Counted from the stretch's first letter, positions 1-12,415 are shown. The stretch: DNA of 64,000 nt from Selaginella moellendorffii (GCF_000143415.4 NW_003314284.1:1470693-1534692); one strand, 5' to 3'. The notes: generated by a model from the letters alone, not told the origin. Numbers and translations: made by a program.

Positions 1-877
1 TGCTTTGCTCTTTTCTAGAGCTCGAGTTCGTATGCCTCCTTGCGCAGATTGCAAAGCTCAGTATGATCCCCGTCTCTTGCCTTCTCGAGGTCCTTTTCGA
101 CAAGATACGCTACTCGCGAGACACAAAGCTAAGCATCGTGGTGGTGTTGCTAGGAGTGGGAATCTGCACGGTCAGCGACGTGAGTGTCAACACGAAAGGA
201 TTCGTGGCGGCCGCCATAGCAGTGTGGAGCACAGCACTCCAGCAATATGTAAGTGTTTCAGAAGACACTTTTCATTGATCCACTCTTGTTTGTTTGCTGC
301 AGTACGTGCACTTTTTGCAAAAGAAATACGCCCTGGGCTCCTTCGATCTCCTGGGCCACACCGCTCCCGTCCAAGCCGGCTCGCTCATCCTCTGCGGCCC
401 CATAATCGACTACTGGCTCACTGGCCTGCGAGTCGACTTGTTTCAATTCTCCTTCCCTTCACTGGTAAGTGTAGCTTAGCTGTTTTTCTTTTTATCTCAT
501 TCCATCGATCCAGCTTCTCAAACTCGTTGGGAATTCTTTTGCAGTTTTTCATCATCCTCTCGTGTTCCATCGCCGTGGGAACCAACCTCAGCCAGTTCAT
601 CTGCATTGGGAGGTTCACGGCGGTGTCGTTCCAGGTGCTGGGACACATGAAGACGGTGCTGGTGCTGGTGCTGGGATTTTTCCTCTTCGGCCGCCAGGGA
701 CTTAATCTCCAGGTGGTGCTGGGAATGCTCATGGCGGTGGTGGGAATGGTGTGGTATGGCAACGCGTCGTCCAAGCCCGGCGGCAAAGAGAAGAGAGCCT
801 ACGTCCTTCCCATCAAAGTCTCTAAGAACAGTGTTAGTAGCGAGGACGACGAAGAGCTTGTGAGCAACAAGACTTGA
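1..877 (+). CDS. Nucleotide-sugar transporter (UDP-rhamnose/UDP-galactose URGT-like, TPT superfamily); 3' part only, exons ~48-248, 303-464, 545-877
   Basis: Spliced translation [15 protein letters not shown]...[22 protein letters not shown]...[30 protein letters not shown]; GT-AG introns; stop at 877. Confidence 0.85.
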   Translation, partial: ALLFSRARVRMPPCADCKAQYDPRLLPSRGPFRQDTLLARHKAKHRGGVARSGNLHGQRRECQHERIRGGRHSSVEHSTPAICKCFRRHFSLIHSCLFAAVRALFAKEIRPGLLRSPGPHRSRPSRLAHPLRPHNRLLAHWPASRLVSILLPFTGKCSLAVFLFISFHRSSFSNSLGILLQFFIILSCSIAVGTNLSQFICIGRFTAVSFQVLGHMKTVLVLVLGFFLFGRQGLNLQVVLGMLMAVVGMVWYGNASSKPGGKEKRAYVLPIKVSKNSVSSEDDEELVSNKT

Positions 878-1061
878 TCCATCGATCGATTCTTTTGTTC
901 TTCTTTCCATATTTTTTTCTCCCTACGTCCTTTTTATCTCTCTTATAGGGAGCGATCGAGAATAGTTCTTAGAATAAGTGTATCTATTTTGTTGCCTAGA
1001 GTTAGGGTTTTTGGGTTGCGCCAGGCGCCAGCTCTCCTTCCTTCCATCCAGATCTGCCACA

Positions 1062-3445
1062 ATGTGGAAGAATTTCAAGGAGAATCTCTCCCAGATGGCG
1101 TCCGAGGTGCTCGAGACGGTCGAGGAGCTCGATCCGAAGGCGCATCGCGAGGAGGACGAGGAGGGAGATTCTTCGCCGGCGGTGTCTGGCAGCTCCAGAT
1201 CGCAGCAGGTATGGGCGAGTGTGGCCGGATTGTGATCCAGGGCTGAGGATTTTGTGCGCAGGCCGGCAGAGGATTCCACAGCCGGCGGAGATCTGAGGAT
1301 GGTTTCCAGAATTTTGATCATCGCTCTTGGAGGAATCGGGATTACAAGGAAAGGAACGGCGTGGGAGCAGACGATTTCGGGGACTACGAGTCACGCTTGC
1401 TGGAGAGCCAGAGGAAGTGTCAGGATCTTGCGAATCGCGAGAAGGTATGTCGTTTCTTTTGCTTTTGTAGTGGTAAACTTTAGATTCCAGGAGCTGCTAG
1501 ATCAAATGCGGGGCAAGGAACAAGCGTTCCGGGATCTAGATAACAGCCATCGTACTGCGCAGCAAGAGCTGGAGAGGCTTACGATAGAACTGGAGAAAGC
1601 TCGTTTGGAGTTACATAGTTTCCAACAAAGTGGCTCTCTGGGAAATCATGATGAGAGGACTGCTACTCAACCAGATGCTGAGAAACTACAAAGGGAGTTA
1701 CAAGAGAGGGACGAAACAATCAGTCAGATTCGAGAATCAATATCAGCACTGACGACCGAGCGCAGTCTCTTCCAGGTATAGTGTTATATGTTTTCTTTTC
1801 TTTTCTATAGATATGTGTATGTAGGCAGAAAAGGAACAGCTGAAAAAGGCTTTAGATTCACGCGAGCTTGAACTGCAGCAGCAAGCTGCTTCTGCAGAAA
1901 AAACGACGAGTGAACCAGAGGTTTTCCAGATTGAAATGCTGAGAGCTCAAGCTCAACAGGTATGTTCTCTAGAGGGATAAGTAGCTAAAAGCAAAAGCTG
2001 TATGCTTGTAGGCGGATGTCCTTTCAGTGCAACTGCAAACCGCGGAGGAAATTCTCGAGAATGAGAGGAACGACTCCAGAAAGAAACTCGAGGCTGTCAC
2101 ATTGGAGAAGGATAAAGCTCTTAACAACCTCAACAGGTTAAAGCAGCACCTTTTAGATAAGGTACGAGAGCATGTCTGTTTCATTGTTTTAACGCTGGAT
2201 TGTAAACAGGAAAATGCCGACTCAGAAAAAATGGACCGAGATAGCGAGCAGATTGCTATACTTGAAGGAAAATTTTCAGCAACTTGTGCCCGTGTCATAC
2301 AGCTGGAGCAAGCGTTAGCGCAGGCTCTATCTTCTCAAACTGATACCAGTAAAAGATTGAATGAAGATTTGCAGGCATCGAAGGTGGAGATTGAATCTCT
2401 AAAGTCTAAGCTTGTGAACTCTTATTCCGTCTTGGAGGCTAGAAACAAGGAGATAGCCAATCTCCAAGTGGCACTTGGGCAGTACTATGCAGAAACTGAT
2501 GCGAAGGTACTCTTGATCGATTGGGAAGCTGCTTAAGTTGATTATTGCAGGAGCGCCTTCAACGAGAACTCAATACTGCAAAGGAAGATCTCAGGAAGTT
2601 TTCGGACAGTTTGGAAGTAAGTAGTCGGTCAATGGAATATTCAACTTACATATTTGTTCAACAGGCAGCAAAGCGGATGGTTGAGGTAGTAGAAGCACAG
2701 AAGAAAGAAGCTGTAGAGAAACTACACATCGAGGAACGAAAAGGGCTTGAAAATCAACAAAAAACACAGAAAATGCAAGAAGACATGATCAGGTTACGCC
2801 GTGCTCTGGAAGAAAGCATGATCCGTCTAAACAGGATGTCTTCAGATTCAGATTATTCCGTAGACAGGTAAGAGGTTCGTATCATGTACTGGCTAAATTT
2901 CTTCTTTTAGGCGCATTGTCATCAAATTGCTCGTGACATATTTTGAGAGAGGACATAACCGCGAGGTAGTTGGAGCTTTTTGAAATTCTGACTTTCTAAT
3001 AGTTCTAACAGGTTCTTGATTTAATGGCCCGTATGCTGGGGTTCTCCGACGATGACAAACGAAGGGTTGGACTCGCTCATCAAAATTCTGGGAAACCGGG
3101 TGTTATGAGAAGCGTTTTTGGCCTCCCAGGGCGTGTCGTCGGAGGTATCTTATCTGGCGGTAATGACAATTCGTCTTTTACGACAAGCAATGATCAGGTA
3201 ATCTTGTTCATGGTATTTTCCTATTCAAATCTGTTTTCGTGCAGTCATTTGCGGACCTTTGGATCGATTTCTTGCTGAAAGAATCCGAGGAAAGAGAAAA
3301 GGCTCAAAACTCAGGGTTGGCTGCAAGGAGCCCACAAAGCGATTTTCATTCTTCAGCTTTTAACACGGGGTTTGAAAGTGATGGTGGTTTAGAAGCTGAC
3401 ATTTCAGGAGTTAGAGGCCACAGGAGGGTCTATTCCAAATCCTGA
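1062..3445 (+). CDS. Golgin candidate GC3/GC4-like coiled-coil protein with C-terminal GRAB-type region; multi-exon
   Basis: MWKNFKENLSQMASEV N-terminus; long coiled coil; NLQVALGQYYAE, VDRRIVIKLLVTYF, VLDLMARMLGFSDDDKRRVG and SFADLWIDFLLKE motifs across short introns. Confidence 0.85.
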
Positions 3446-3797
3446 TAGAAAATTTTCCAGTTGCTTTTGCAGCTCGAGGCATCCGGATGTTTTTTTCTTA
3501 TATATTCCTTGCCTGGATATGCAAAATTAACTGGTACGTGTCCTGTCAATTTTACAGTTGATTCGTCTGGAAATTGTTTTTGGTGCTGCTTTGTTTGTTA
3601 ACTATTACTTTCATTGTGTAGATTCGATACAATCGATTTGACTCTTTCGGGTCTCGTGCTCCAGGTTTGGCCAATTTTATTGTCTTGAAAAGTGGTTGAC
3701 GTGAGTTTCTTTGAACTTTCAGTAACAATTCCGGCTACGCAACTACAAGAGAGAATAAAACAGCGGTCTTGCGACGAGATCATAAGTGGGATAAGCG

Positions 3798-4559
3798 ATG
3801 GTTGTGGTGGCAATTCCCATATTCAACGGGTTCACAGCCCTGGATGCGATCGGGCCTTACGAAGTTCTCCACAGAATTCCGGGAGTGCGGGTGGAATTCG
3901 TGAGCGAGACTGCTGGCCTGTACCTTGCTGATGATGGTCATCTGCGAGTGGAAGCCCCGGTTTGTTTCGAGCAAGTTCCAAGCCCCGATGTGCTCGTGGT
4001 TCCTGGCGGTCTTGTCAAGAACCTCCCTCTGACGAACAAGGCTTTTCTCGATTACATTGTCAAGGTAATGGAAAGAACCTCGCGGCCCTGGTTGTAATTG
4101 ATTGCTTTGGTTTCACAGGTTCACAAAACAAGCCTGTACACCACTTCTGTGTGCACTGGAGCGCTCCTCTTGGGAGCTGCTGGAATCCTCCATGGCCTCA
4201 AGGGGACGACGCACTGGGCAGCTTTTGACAACCTCGCTTCTTATGGAGTTACTCCTGTTCATCAGAGATATATACGTCAGGTGAGTTCGCTAGATTCGTT
4301 TTCTGGTGGGCTAATGAGCTCAATTCGTGGGATGCAGGGGAAGATTATCATGTCCGCCGGCGTGTCGGCTGGGATCGACTCGAATTTGGAGGTGGCAGCC
4401 TTGCTAGCAGATGAAACAATGGCCAAGGCTGTCCAACTGTCGATTGAGTATGATCCCCAGCCGCCATTCGATTCGGGCAGCGTGGGGAAAGCAAGCAAGG
4501 AGGTTGTGGATCTGGCTAGAGAGATCACCGAAGCCTTGCCTTCTCTTCAAGATCAGTGA
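3798..4559 (+). CDS. Single-domain DJ-1/PfpI protein, isocyanide hydratase (InhA/ICH)-type, copy 1; 3 exons (~3798-4064, 4119-4280, 4338-4559)
   Basis: LDAIGPYEVL, VVPGG, TSVCTGA, TTHW, SAGVSAGID and VQLSIEYDPQPPFDSGS motifs; two GT-AG introns. Confidence 0.88.
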
Positions 4560-4943
4560 TCTCGTTTATTCCTCTGAATAAAGATTCTTGAATGGATTCG
4601 CTATGCTAAATCTCTTGTGGCATCTGATAGAATTAAGAAGGCATAAAAATCACGAACACGATGTCAAAGTGAGATTTTTATCATTTTTTCCATCTTCTTC
4701 GTGTAGAGCTTGGTGTAGAACTGTTCCGAGAGCCTGGACTCGAGGAATAAAAAATATACAGAAGCTAATATGTCTCAAACAGTGTTTTCAGCTAATTGTT
4801 CTTGCTGTTTGTATTGCCAGCAACAAGCCACTCGTGTTGCCTCAAGTCGTCACACGTGTTTCCTCACAGTTGCCACGGAAACACTGTCAGAAACATATTA
4901 GCATCAGCAATCTGCTACAATTTGTTATGAATTATCACAAAAT

Positions 4944-5221
4944 TTACTTCTGCCCATGAGATTTGAGCTGGCTAATAAAATCCCAAGCCAACAAAGACAA
5001 AGGGACCACCGTTTTCTCCAGCAGCAGCCCAAGCTAATGAAGATCTGATCTGAAGGTGTAACAGCATCCTTCCCTCAGAGTCGTTTGTGTCCAGCCGGTC
5101 AGAAAAGACTCGCCAACATCACTTGGCTCTCCAACCATTTCGAGATCAATCAATATAAAATTCCTTGTTGATGAATAGTTACAGATCACATTGTCCATGT
5201 GAATGTCCTGATGAACCAAAC
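4944..5221 (-). pseudogene. Remnant last exon of a protein kinase (Crinkler/fungal-type kinase C-lobe-like) with premature stop
   Basis: Splice acceptor, then LVHQDIHMDNVI...FILIDLE...GWTQTTLREG..YTFRSDLH*LGLLLEK; in-frame TAG at 5034-5036; no upstream exons visible. Confidence 0.55.
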
Positions 5222-5229
5222 CTGAAGAA

Positions 5230-5557
5230 CAAAACAGTACAACTTTTCGAAAAGAACATGAAAAAATCAGCTTTTGCTTTTTTTATCTAGACAATGTAGA
5301 ACATCCTAGTGCAGATAATAAATTGGACACAAGCTTCTAAACCAGGACTTATGGAGGTTGAGAGTGAGATTCTTCCAAGATAATTAAGTGATTAAATTAG
5401 AATTAAAAATTTAGTCGCTTACAGTTAGTTAGTGAATTAATTTTTTGATTTTTATAAAAAAAAATTCTTTATATTGGATAGATATGTGGGTTGTTGCTCG
5501 AAGTAGACAAATATTTTGATTGAGGCATTCCATGCAAATATAAAGGTTATACTCTCG

Positions 5558-5623
<66 letters not shown>

Positions 5624-6470
5624 GTAATTGAAGGATAAATTAAGCAATTCACTAATTTACTACTAAGGTTTATATGAGCTACTGACTTACTAATTATTAT
5701 AAAAATCATGGTTTTATTTGAATCTATGCATACAAAAAGTTAATTGATGGTGTGATTGTTAAAGCAAGAGATATTAACAACTCTCAAGTAAAATTCGACA
5801 AAGATAATACTCACAAATCCTATATATAATCCTCTTCAGATTTAGCTATGTGGTATTTTGTTGTCGAAGGTGAAAGACGTAGTGATTAGGCTTTTCTGAC
5901 TTAATGTAATTATCTATAAGCAACCAAAAGAAACTTTTATAAGCATGAAGCAAAAGTTATTATATCAAACACGAAGAGTAAATTAACTAGATTATAAAGC
6001 TCAATTATCACATTCGTATGCAATCTTAAAACCTGGGATAGATGATTTATTTTATTGTTAACAAGATTTTGAAAAACATGACTTGGAAGCTATAACAAAG
6101 GTAATTCACTTATTAATTACAATTTTAAAATACTTGTAAAACTTTGAGCAAGAAGATATTCATTGAAATGTGCAACATTAAAAAAATTCAGCTAAAGACT
6201 ACTATAAAGGTAATTTACACTAAAAAATTTTAAAATATTGATATGAACTTTGAGCAGGAAGATATCACTTTATCAAAAGTTATAAAAACAACATTGCAAT
6301 AAAAAATGATGGATATCTTACAAAATTTTCTTAATGAAAATATTATTTTATCTATGGTTTGACAACAGAAGGTTACAACTTTTAAAATTAAGCCAAATGA
6401 TATTATTCTTCCTATAATAAAATTTCAACAACATGTTGATAGTTATGGTAGGTAAAAATTAAAATTTTTA
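5230..6470. mobile_element. Very AT-rich block, probable decayed transposon; includes an imperfect ~110-bp tandem duplication at ~6095-6270
   Basis: Sharp compositional contrast with flanking genes; repeated aaaggtaatt...aactttgagca(a/g)gaagatat units; no intact ORF. Confidence 0.3.
5559..5621. repeat. (TA)n microsatellite
   Basis: About 31 consecutive AT/TA units. Confidence 0.98.
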
Positions 6471-6641
6471 GTAGTCCAGAGTGGTGGCTGCTTCTGCCAT
6501 CACCTCATCACCAGTGGAGCTCAAATAATTAGATCCTGCTGAGATGAAGAACCCTTTCAAAGCTGAGAACTTGACGAAGAAGATCATCCATGTCAAGGTG
6601 AGAAGGATTTCTTAGTGCCAGTGGAGCTCAAATAATTATAG

Positions 6642-9251
6642 CTAAATGCAGGCAGTGGAAAGGTTGGAGAGCATCACATACGGCGCAGACTCCACAGGTT
6701 CCAGCAACATAATCTCGCCCCCAACCCAGGCGCCAACTTTCCCATCCACCAGAACAGTGCTGCACACGTTTAGTATCATGTTCCATGGAATCACGCCCGG
6801 ATGGAAAGGCATGCTTACAGTCAGCTCCACACCTCGCTCGAGCTCCCCCGCCCGGCACACCACCTCCACTAGGCAGTGGTAGTGCTCGGCTCCAGCGGCG
6901 ATCCCATGCTCCGTCATAAGCACGAATAGCTCCCTCGCCTCCTCCACCATCCCCGCGTAGCCACAGGCAGTGAGAATTCCCAGGAATGCGACGCTGTCCA
7001 GCTCCATTCCCTCGAGCACCATCCGGATGAAGAGCTCCACCGCTTGACGGCCATGCCCATGCCTCGCCAGCGCTGCGACCATCGCATTCCACCCCGACAC
7101 TGCTGCAGGAGGAGCCCCGTGGAAGATCTCCCGGGCTCGATCCAGGCCGCCGCCACACTGGCCATAGAAGTTGACGAGTGCGCTTGCGAGCGAAGCCTTG
7201 ATCACCAGATTGGCAATGGCGATATCCCGGTGGATTTCCATGCCTTGCTCGAGCGCCGAGGCAATGGAGCACGCCTCGAGGATGCTCGCAAAGGTGGCAT
7301 CACTGGGAGGGATGCCTTCCTGGTCCATGCCGCAGTAAAGCGCGATGGCGGCCCGTGGCTCGCCATTGAGGCCCAGCGCCTGGATCATCGAGTTCCACGA
7401 CACAATGCTACGAGCGGGCATGGCGGCAAAGAGCTCCCTCGCATCGCCGAGGCGGCTGCCCTGAGAGAGAGCCGCAATGAGGATGTTCCAGGAGAAGCTG
7501 TTGCGCTGCGGCATGGCACGCGAGAAGATCCACACTCCCTCTGTGATGCGACCGGCCTGGACGTAAGATCGTAGCAGCGCATTCCACGACAGCAAGCTCC
7601 ACTGTGGCATTCGATCGAAGACCCGGCGAGATTTCTCAGGCGTGGACGAGTCCGCGAAGGCGGATACCATTATCGTCCACGAGAGATCGTCCCTCCTCTC
7701 CATCCTGTTCTTGAAGATGCTCCAGGCCCCGTGAAGGTCCTTCTCGATCGATGGCGAGCATCGTTCGCGAGCGTGGGCCGAGAGGAGAGCGTTCCAGGAG
7801 ATCTCCGACACCTGCGGCATTTTGCTCAACACGAGCTCCGCGCTCGAGCTCTGCTGGCTATGGCCCAAGGCTGTGATGAGCGCCGTCCATGACACAATGT
7901 CTCGCGCTGGTATCTTGTCGAAGAGATCTTTGGCTGCTCCGGCATCCCCGTGAGAAGAAGCTTGGAGCATCATGTTCCACGCACAAGTGTCGTGACTTGG
8001 CATCCTCTCAAAAGCGAGCCTTGCGGACGGATCCACCAGATCTTCGCTGCTCGATTGCTGCGAGAACAAACCGATCGCAAAAGTCCAGGTCAAGGCGTTT
8101 CTCTTTCTGGCTCGATCGAACAGTGCCTTGGCGTCTCCCAGATGCCCGTTCTGCACATACGCCTGGATCATGGCATTCCAGGCAGCAACGTTCTTTTCAG
8201 GCATGAGATCAAAGATATGACGAGCTCGATGGAGATCACCAGCTTGAGCATATGCATTCATGACCACGTTGAATCCAACAGAACTTTCTTGAGGCACAGT
8301 TTCCACCATCGCCAGAGCTTCAGCAAGATACCCGCACTGGGAATAAGCTAAGATCACTGCATTCCACGAGTAACTATCCTGCTGTGGGATCCTATCGAGA
8401 AAAGCTAGTGTTAAATCCAGCTTACCATGCAGCGCACACGCTTGCATCAGCGAGTTCCAGGAAATCAAGCTGCGCTGCGGCATTTCTGTAAAGAATTCCT
8501 GGCACTTCTCCAGATCCCCCACCTCGGCAAATGCCGCAATCAGAACGTTCCACGCGATCACGTTTCTCTGGGGCATCTTGTCAAACATCTGGACCGCCAC
8601 ATCGATTCCTCCAGCGCGGGTGTAGAGGGTGATCACAGTGCTCCAAGAGATCACGTCTCGGCGGGTCATCCAGCCAAAGAGGACAAGCGCCTCTTCCAAA
8701 TCGCCACTGCTGGAGTACGCCTGGATCATGATGTTCCAGGAGCTACCATCTCTTTCGGCCATGGCATCGAAGATCCTTTGCGCGTCGCCGATCAGCCCCT
8801 GCCGTGTGTGTGCAGTGAGAAGCAGATTAAAAGACACGAGATTCCTGGCGGGAGCACGGTGGAACGCGCGTGTGGCAAGATCGAGGTCGCCATTCCGGAC
8901 GAGCTGCGTGACGAGGATGTTCCACGAGTAGACGTTTGGCGCACTGATCCTGTGGAAGGCCTCGATGGCCTCTCGCAGGGATCCGCAGCTACCATACATC
9001 TGGACGAGGAGATTGCCAAGATGGGTGTCAGTGTCGCGGCCCCGTCGCGCGATCCGGGAGTGCGCTCGGCGTCCCTGCTCTAGCGCGAGCTCCGCGGCGC
9101 ACTGGCGGAGTATCCAGGCGCAGGTGTTCCAGTCAGCGGCGGCGCCATCGTCCAGACGATCGATCACCTCCGCGAGACACCACAATTCACGGGAGGCGAA
9201 AGCTTGGGGGAGATTGCGAGGGCGTATGATGCTACAAGAGGAAGGAATCAT
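6642..9251 (-). CDS. PLS-class PPR protein (869 aa) rich in ~31-aa short repeats; ends in truncated E domain, no DYW; intronless
   Basis: Repeats of type FxxMPxRNxxSWNxxIxAYxxxG; HYHCLVEVVCRAG; ends APYVMLSNL. Confidence 0.93.
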   Translation of the reverse strand: MIPSSCSIIRPRNLPQAFASRELWCLAEVIDRLDDGAAADWNTCAWILRQCAAELALEQGRRAHSRIARRGRDTDTHLGNLLVQMYGSCGSLREAIEAFHRISAPNVYSWNILVTQLVRNGDLDLATRAFHRAPARNLVSFNLLLTAHTRQGLIGDAQRIFDAMAERDGSSWNIMIQAYSSSGDLEEALVLFGWMTRRDVISWSTVITLYTRAGGIDVAVQMFDKMPQRNVIAWNVLIAAFAEVGDLEKCQEFFTEMPQRSLISWNSLMQACALHGKLDLTLAFLDRIPQQDSYSWNAVILAYSQCGYLAEALAMVETVPQESSVGFNVVMNAYAQAGDLHRARHIFDLMPEKNVAAWNAMIQAYVQNGHLGDAKALFDRARKRNALTWTFAIGLFSQQSSSEDLVDPSARLAFERMPSHDTCAWNMMLQASSHGDAGAAKDLFDKIPARDIVSWTALITALGHSQQSSSAELVLSKMPQVSEISWNALLSAHARERCSPSIEKDLHGAWSIFKNRMERRDDLSWTIMVSAFADSSTPEKSRRVFDRMPQWSLLSWNALLRSYVQAGRITEGVWIFSRAMPQRNSFSWNILIAALSQGSRLGDARELFAAMPARSIVSWNSMIQALGLNGEPRAAIALYCGMDQEGIPPSDATFASILEACSIASALEQGMEIHRDIAIANLVIKASLASALVNFYGQCGGGLDRAREIFHGAPPAAVSGWNAMVAALARHGHGRQAVELFIRMVLEGMELDSVAFLGILTACGYAGMVEEARELFVLMTEHGIAAGAEHYHCLVEVVCRAGELERGVELTVSMPFHPGVIPWNMILNVCSTVLVDGKVGAWVGGEIMLLEPVESAPYVMLSNLSTACI

Positions 9252-9566
9252 ACGCCATTCTCCATGGTTTAAAGTTTAAAGGGATAAGCATTAGTTAGCC
9301 AAATTAAATTCCCAAATGAATTAACTTTTAAAAACAATTTTTTTTAATTAATTATAAATAGTGACTTAACCACAGGGTCTGTAAGTAAATACACTCCCAT
9401 CTTTGCTAATTTATTTGCAACCTGATTTCAAATGATATACCAATTGCTTTTGACCTTAGAGAAATGAATTACGCAATGTTTTGCAACGTACACAATCGTT
9501 TGGATAATGTCTGTGTTTGAGTGGCAAGTCAGCTCTACTTGGTTTTGCACATACATCTCTAATAAT

Positions 9567-9614
9567 GTCCAAGGAATTGTACTTGTTTGTGTCCAAGGAA
9601 TTGTAGCTGTTTGT
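9567..9614. repeat. 24-bp tandem duplication
   Basis: gtccaaggaattgta(ct/gc)tgtttgt twice. Confidence 0.8.
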
Positions 9615-10001
9615 GTGTAGCCACTCCGTTTCAAAATAAATTTCCAAAACTCATAAAATCTCAAATATAATTGTGTAATTTCTATTTATATAATTGTTTG
9701 CCTTTTCCATGTTAGTTTGATAGAACCTCTTTGAACAAATCCATAAACTCTACATTTCAATGTGAACACAATCACTGAAAAATTATATTCCAATGCCACC
9801 ATTTGATGCTTGTGTGAAACTTTGTTCACCTTAAATATATTTTCACCCTTTGCCTTATCTAACCCAAAAGGCATTGGCCATTTTTTATATAAACATAAAT
9901 GTACACTCATTATTTACTTTATTCGCTCAAAAGAACTCCTCACCGTGGAAAGCTGGTACACTGCTCCACAAGTATGGTGAATTCCAAGCGTTTGAAATTC
10001 T

Positions 10002-12083
10002 CTACATTCCTTCCGTGCTGTGCGTGTCATCGCACTGGACCTCGGCCACCTTGGGCAGCGCCAGGGAGCTGTATCCGCGAGTGGGCGGCGACAAATACCT
10101 CCCATTCCCCAGGTTGGATTGGTACTCGCTCATCTTCTTGCCATACATTTGCTCAAACTTAAACATCTCGTGCGCGTGGAGGGCCTTGAGCTCTCTCACG
10201 ATGTTCTTATGCCGCTGAAAGGAGGTAGAGACGATTGGATCAAGAGCTTCCAAAAAAACGCACACAGACCTGGTGGATTCGCTGCAGATCTTTGGCTCGC
10301 CCTTCTCTTAGCTGGTCCCGGCCTTTGGTCGCCTTTTGGAGAAGCACCTCCATCTCACTGTGCTGCTTGGTTCTCAAGGCTTGCTCCTTCAGTCCCACTT
10401 CGGCCTGGTATGACTCGATCGTCGCCTCCAGCTCCTCGTGCTCCAGTCGGTCGGCTGTTTTCTTCACTCTCAGCGCCTCCGAGTACTTGCCTTGCTTTCC
10501 CAAGTATTCCTGCAATGGGAGTTGAGTTGAGAGCTTCTTTCCTCTCTTCCTACCTGGACTTTTCTTTGGTTCAAGAGCTCTGCCGACCATTGTGGCTTGC
10601 AAGGTTTCTTGGAAGCCATTTTCGTCCTGAAAGTATCGAGGATAGTCGTGTGCTGACGCTTGAGCCGTGAAGCGTGTTCCATGACATCCTTTTGGAACAA
10701 CGTGATCTTGTCATCCCAGTACTGTGTTCCATCTTTGCCAGGCGGATTAGCGATGGAGAAGATACCAGCGAGGATGAAAACTTACTTTGTTCCTGTCGTC
10801 CACTTCGGCCTTGTATGCCCTCTCCGCGCTTTGCCTCTCTTGCATATGTCTATTTAGCATTGCTCCCCTCCTCTTGTTGTTCTCGAGGATCTACAAACGT
10901 ACTCAAAATGTAAGAATCTGGAAGCTCTCGAGTGACAACGTTTAACGTACTTTAAGTTCGTTCAAGCGTCGAGCAGTCGATCGCGCCTCGACGTAGTTCC
11001 CTTCCCTCTCGCATCTTTTCTTGTGGTGCTCTAGATCCTTCATCATCGTCATAACCTGAGAGGAGGGCAAGCGTAAGATAGTCAAGTTCCTCACAAGTCA
11101 AAACTCCAGACCTGTGGCTCAAGACCTGGATAAAACTCTTCTATGTCTGGCTTTCTAAGGTTGGATTTCTGGAGGCTCTTCCAAACAAATGGTGGTCCAG
11201 TCCTGCGTAAGTTTCGGAATCCATGAAAACTCGAAGAAGATATAGAAAATGTACCTGGAATTGAAGAAGGATTTACTGTTGTCTTTGCGTTCCAGGTGCA
11301 TAGCCACATGTAGCAGCAAGTCCCATTTCAGTGGCTCCCCGGGATCATATCTCTGGTCTAGCTTGTGAATTATGGCCAGTAGCACGTCCTCGGTTGGGAC
11401 CACGAACCTCGACGACTCCAGGATCTCTGGCAACTTCCAAAACACCCGCACAAAAATCAAACTGAGGAACTCAAAGCAAAAAGTATCAGGCAGATTAGAG
11501 CAGTGAAAGTATGAGCAAGAGAAGAAGAAAGAGAAAGAGAGTAATGGCTAAGTACCAACTGTAGAGGAACTCCTTCTTTCTCGTTCTCCGGATCCTTGAA
11601 AGCCGCGTAAGTCATCTTGAGCGAGCCAATGTGATCAAACCGTGAGGCTCCCGCGGCCGACTTGATGCTCGACGTCCTGCTGCCAGCGGCACTACCATGG
11701 TCGCCATACACGAGCTTCCTCATCCCCGGCCCCCCATGCCCGAGCACAAGATCCCGCAAGTTCTTGGACCCCAGGCCGGATATGAGCGACAAGTCGGACA
11801 CGCTCGTCTCGTCGTCCGCCGGGGAAGAGATCTCTCCTTTCTCTTTGTTCGGCACCACCGCCGCCGCCACCCCCGCTGCGTCCCAGTGGTGGTGCGATGC
11901 TGGCGCTGTGGATTCCAACGGCGGCCCCGGCTCCACGTAAACTCTCCTATATCCCCTCTTTCTCCCTTGCTGGAGAGGCGACCACTCTCCTCCAGCGTAC
12001 TCCGGGACGGCAACGTCGTTGTTGGGCGTCCCGACCTCCCACACCGAGTACTCACTCTTGCCATGCCCATCGTTGATACCCAT
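10002..12083 (-). CDS. Multi-exon coiled-coil protein resembling an uncharacterised family of ciliated/flagellated eukaryotes
   Basis: About 8 GT-AG exons joined by eye give KDLEHHKKRCEREGNYVEARSTARRLNELK...WDDKITLF...KPQWSAELLNQRKVQEYLGKQGKYSEA; stop at 10002; start codon uncertain. Confidence 0.65.
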
Positions 12084-12415
12084 TCTGGAGAAATGCTGGG
12101 TTCCTGCAAGACCTCAGCGAACCCACATCCAGATCCGCGGCCCTGCCCAGGAATTGCGATGGATCGAGAGCTCTGCCGATGATCTCGCTGCCCACGACAA
12201 GGATCGGTTGAAACAGCCGCTGGGCATCTGGTCGCCAGTCGCGCGTGCCTGTCTGGGAGACTCACTCATACCTGGGGATCCATGGGGAGTTAGCTTGCGA
12301 TTGCTGCTAGCTCGCAGCGAGCCCTCGGGGAGGGTTTTGGGCGGTTGAACATGTCACGGCCGCGGGACATTGGCATCGTCAACCGCCCAATATTCCAACG
12401 GTGGAAATGCATCAA

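Noticed and set aside
5452-5709. ORF with IYIYIY run
   Set aside because: Translation of the (TA)n microsatellite
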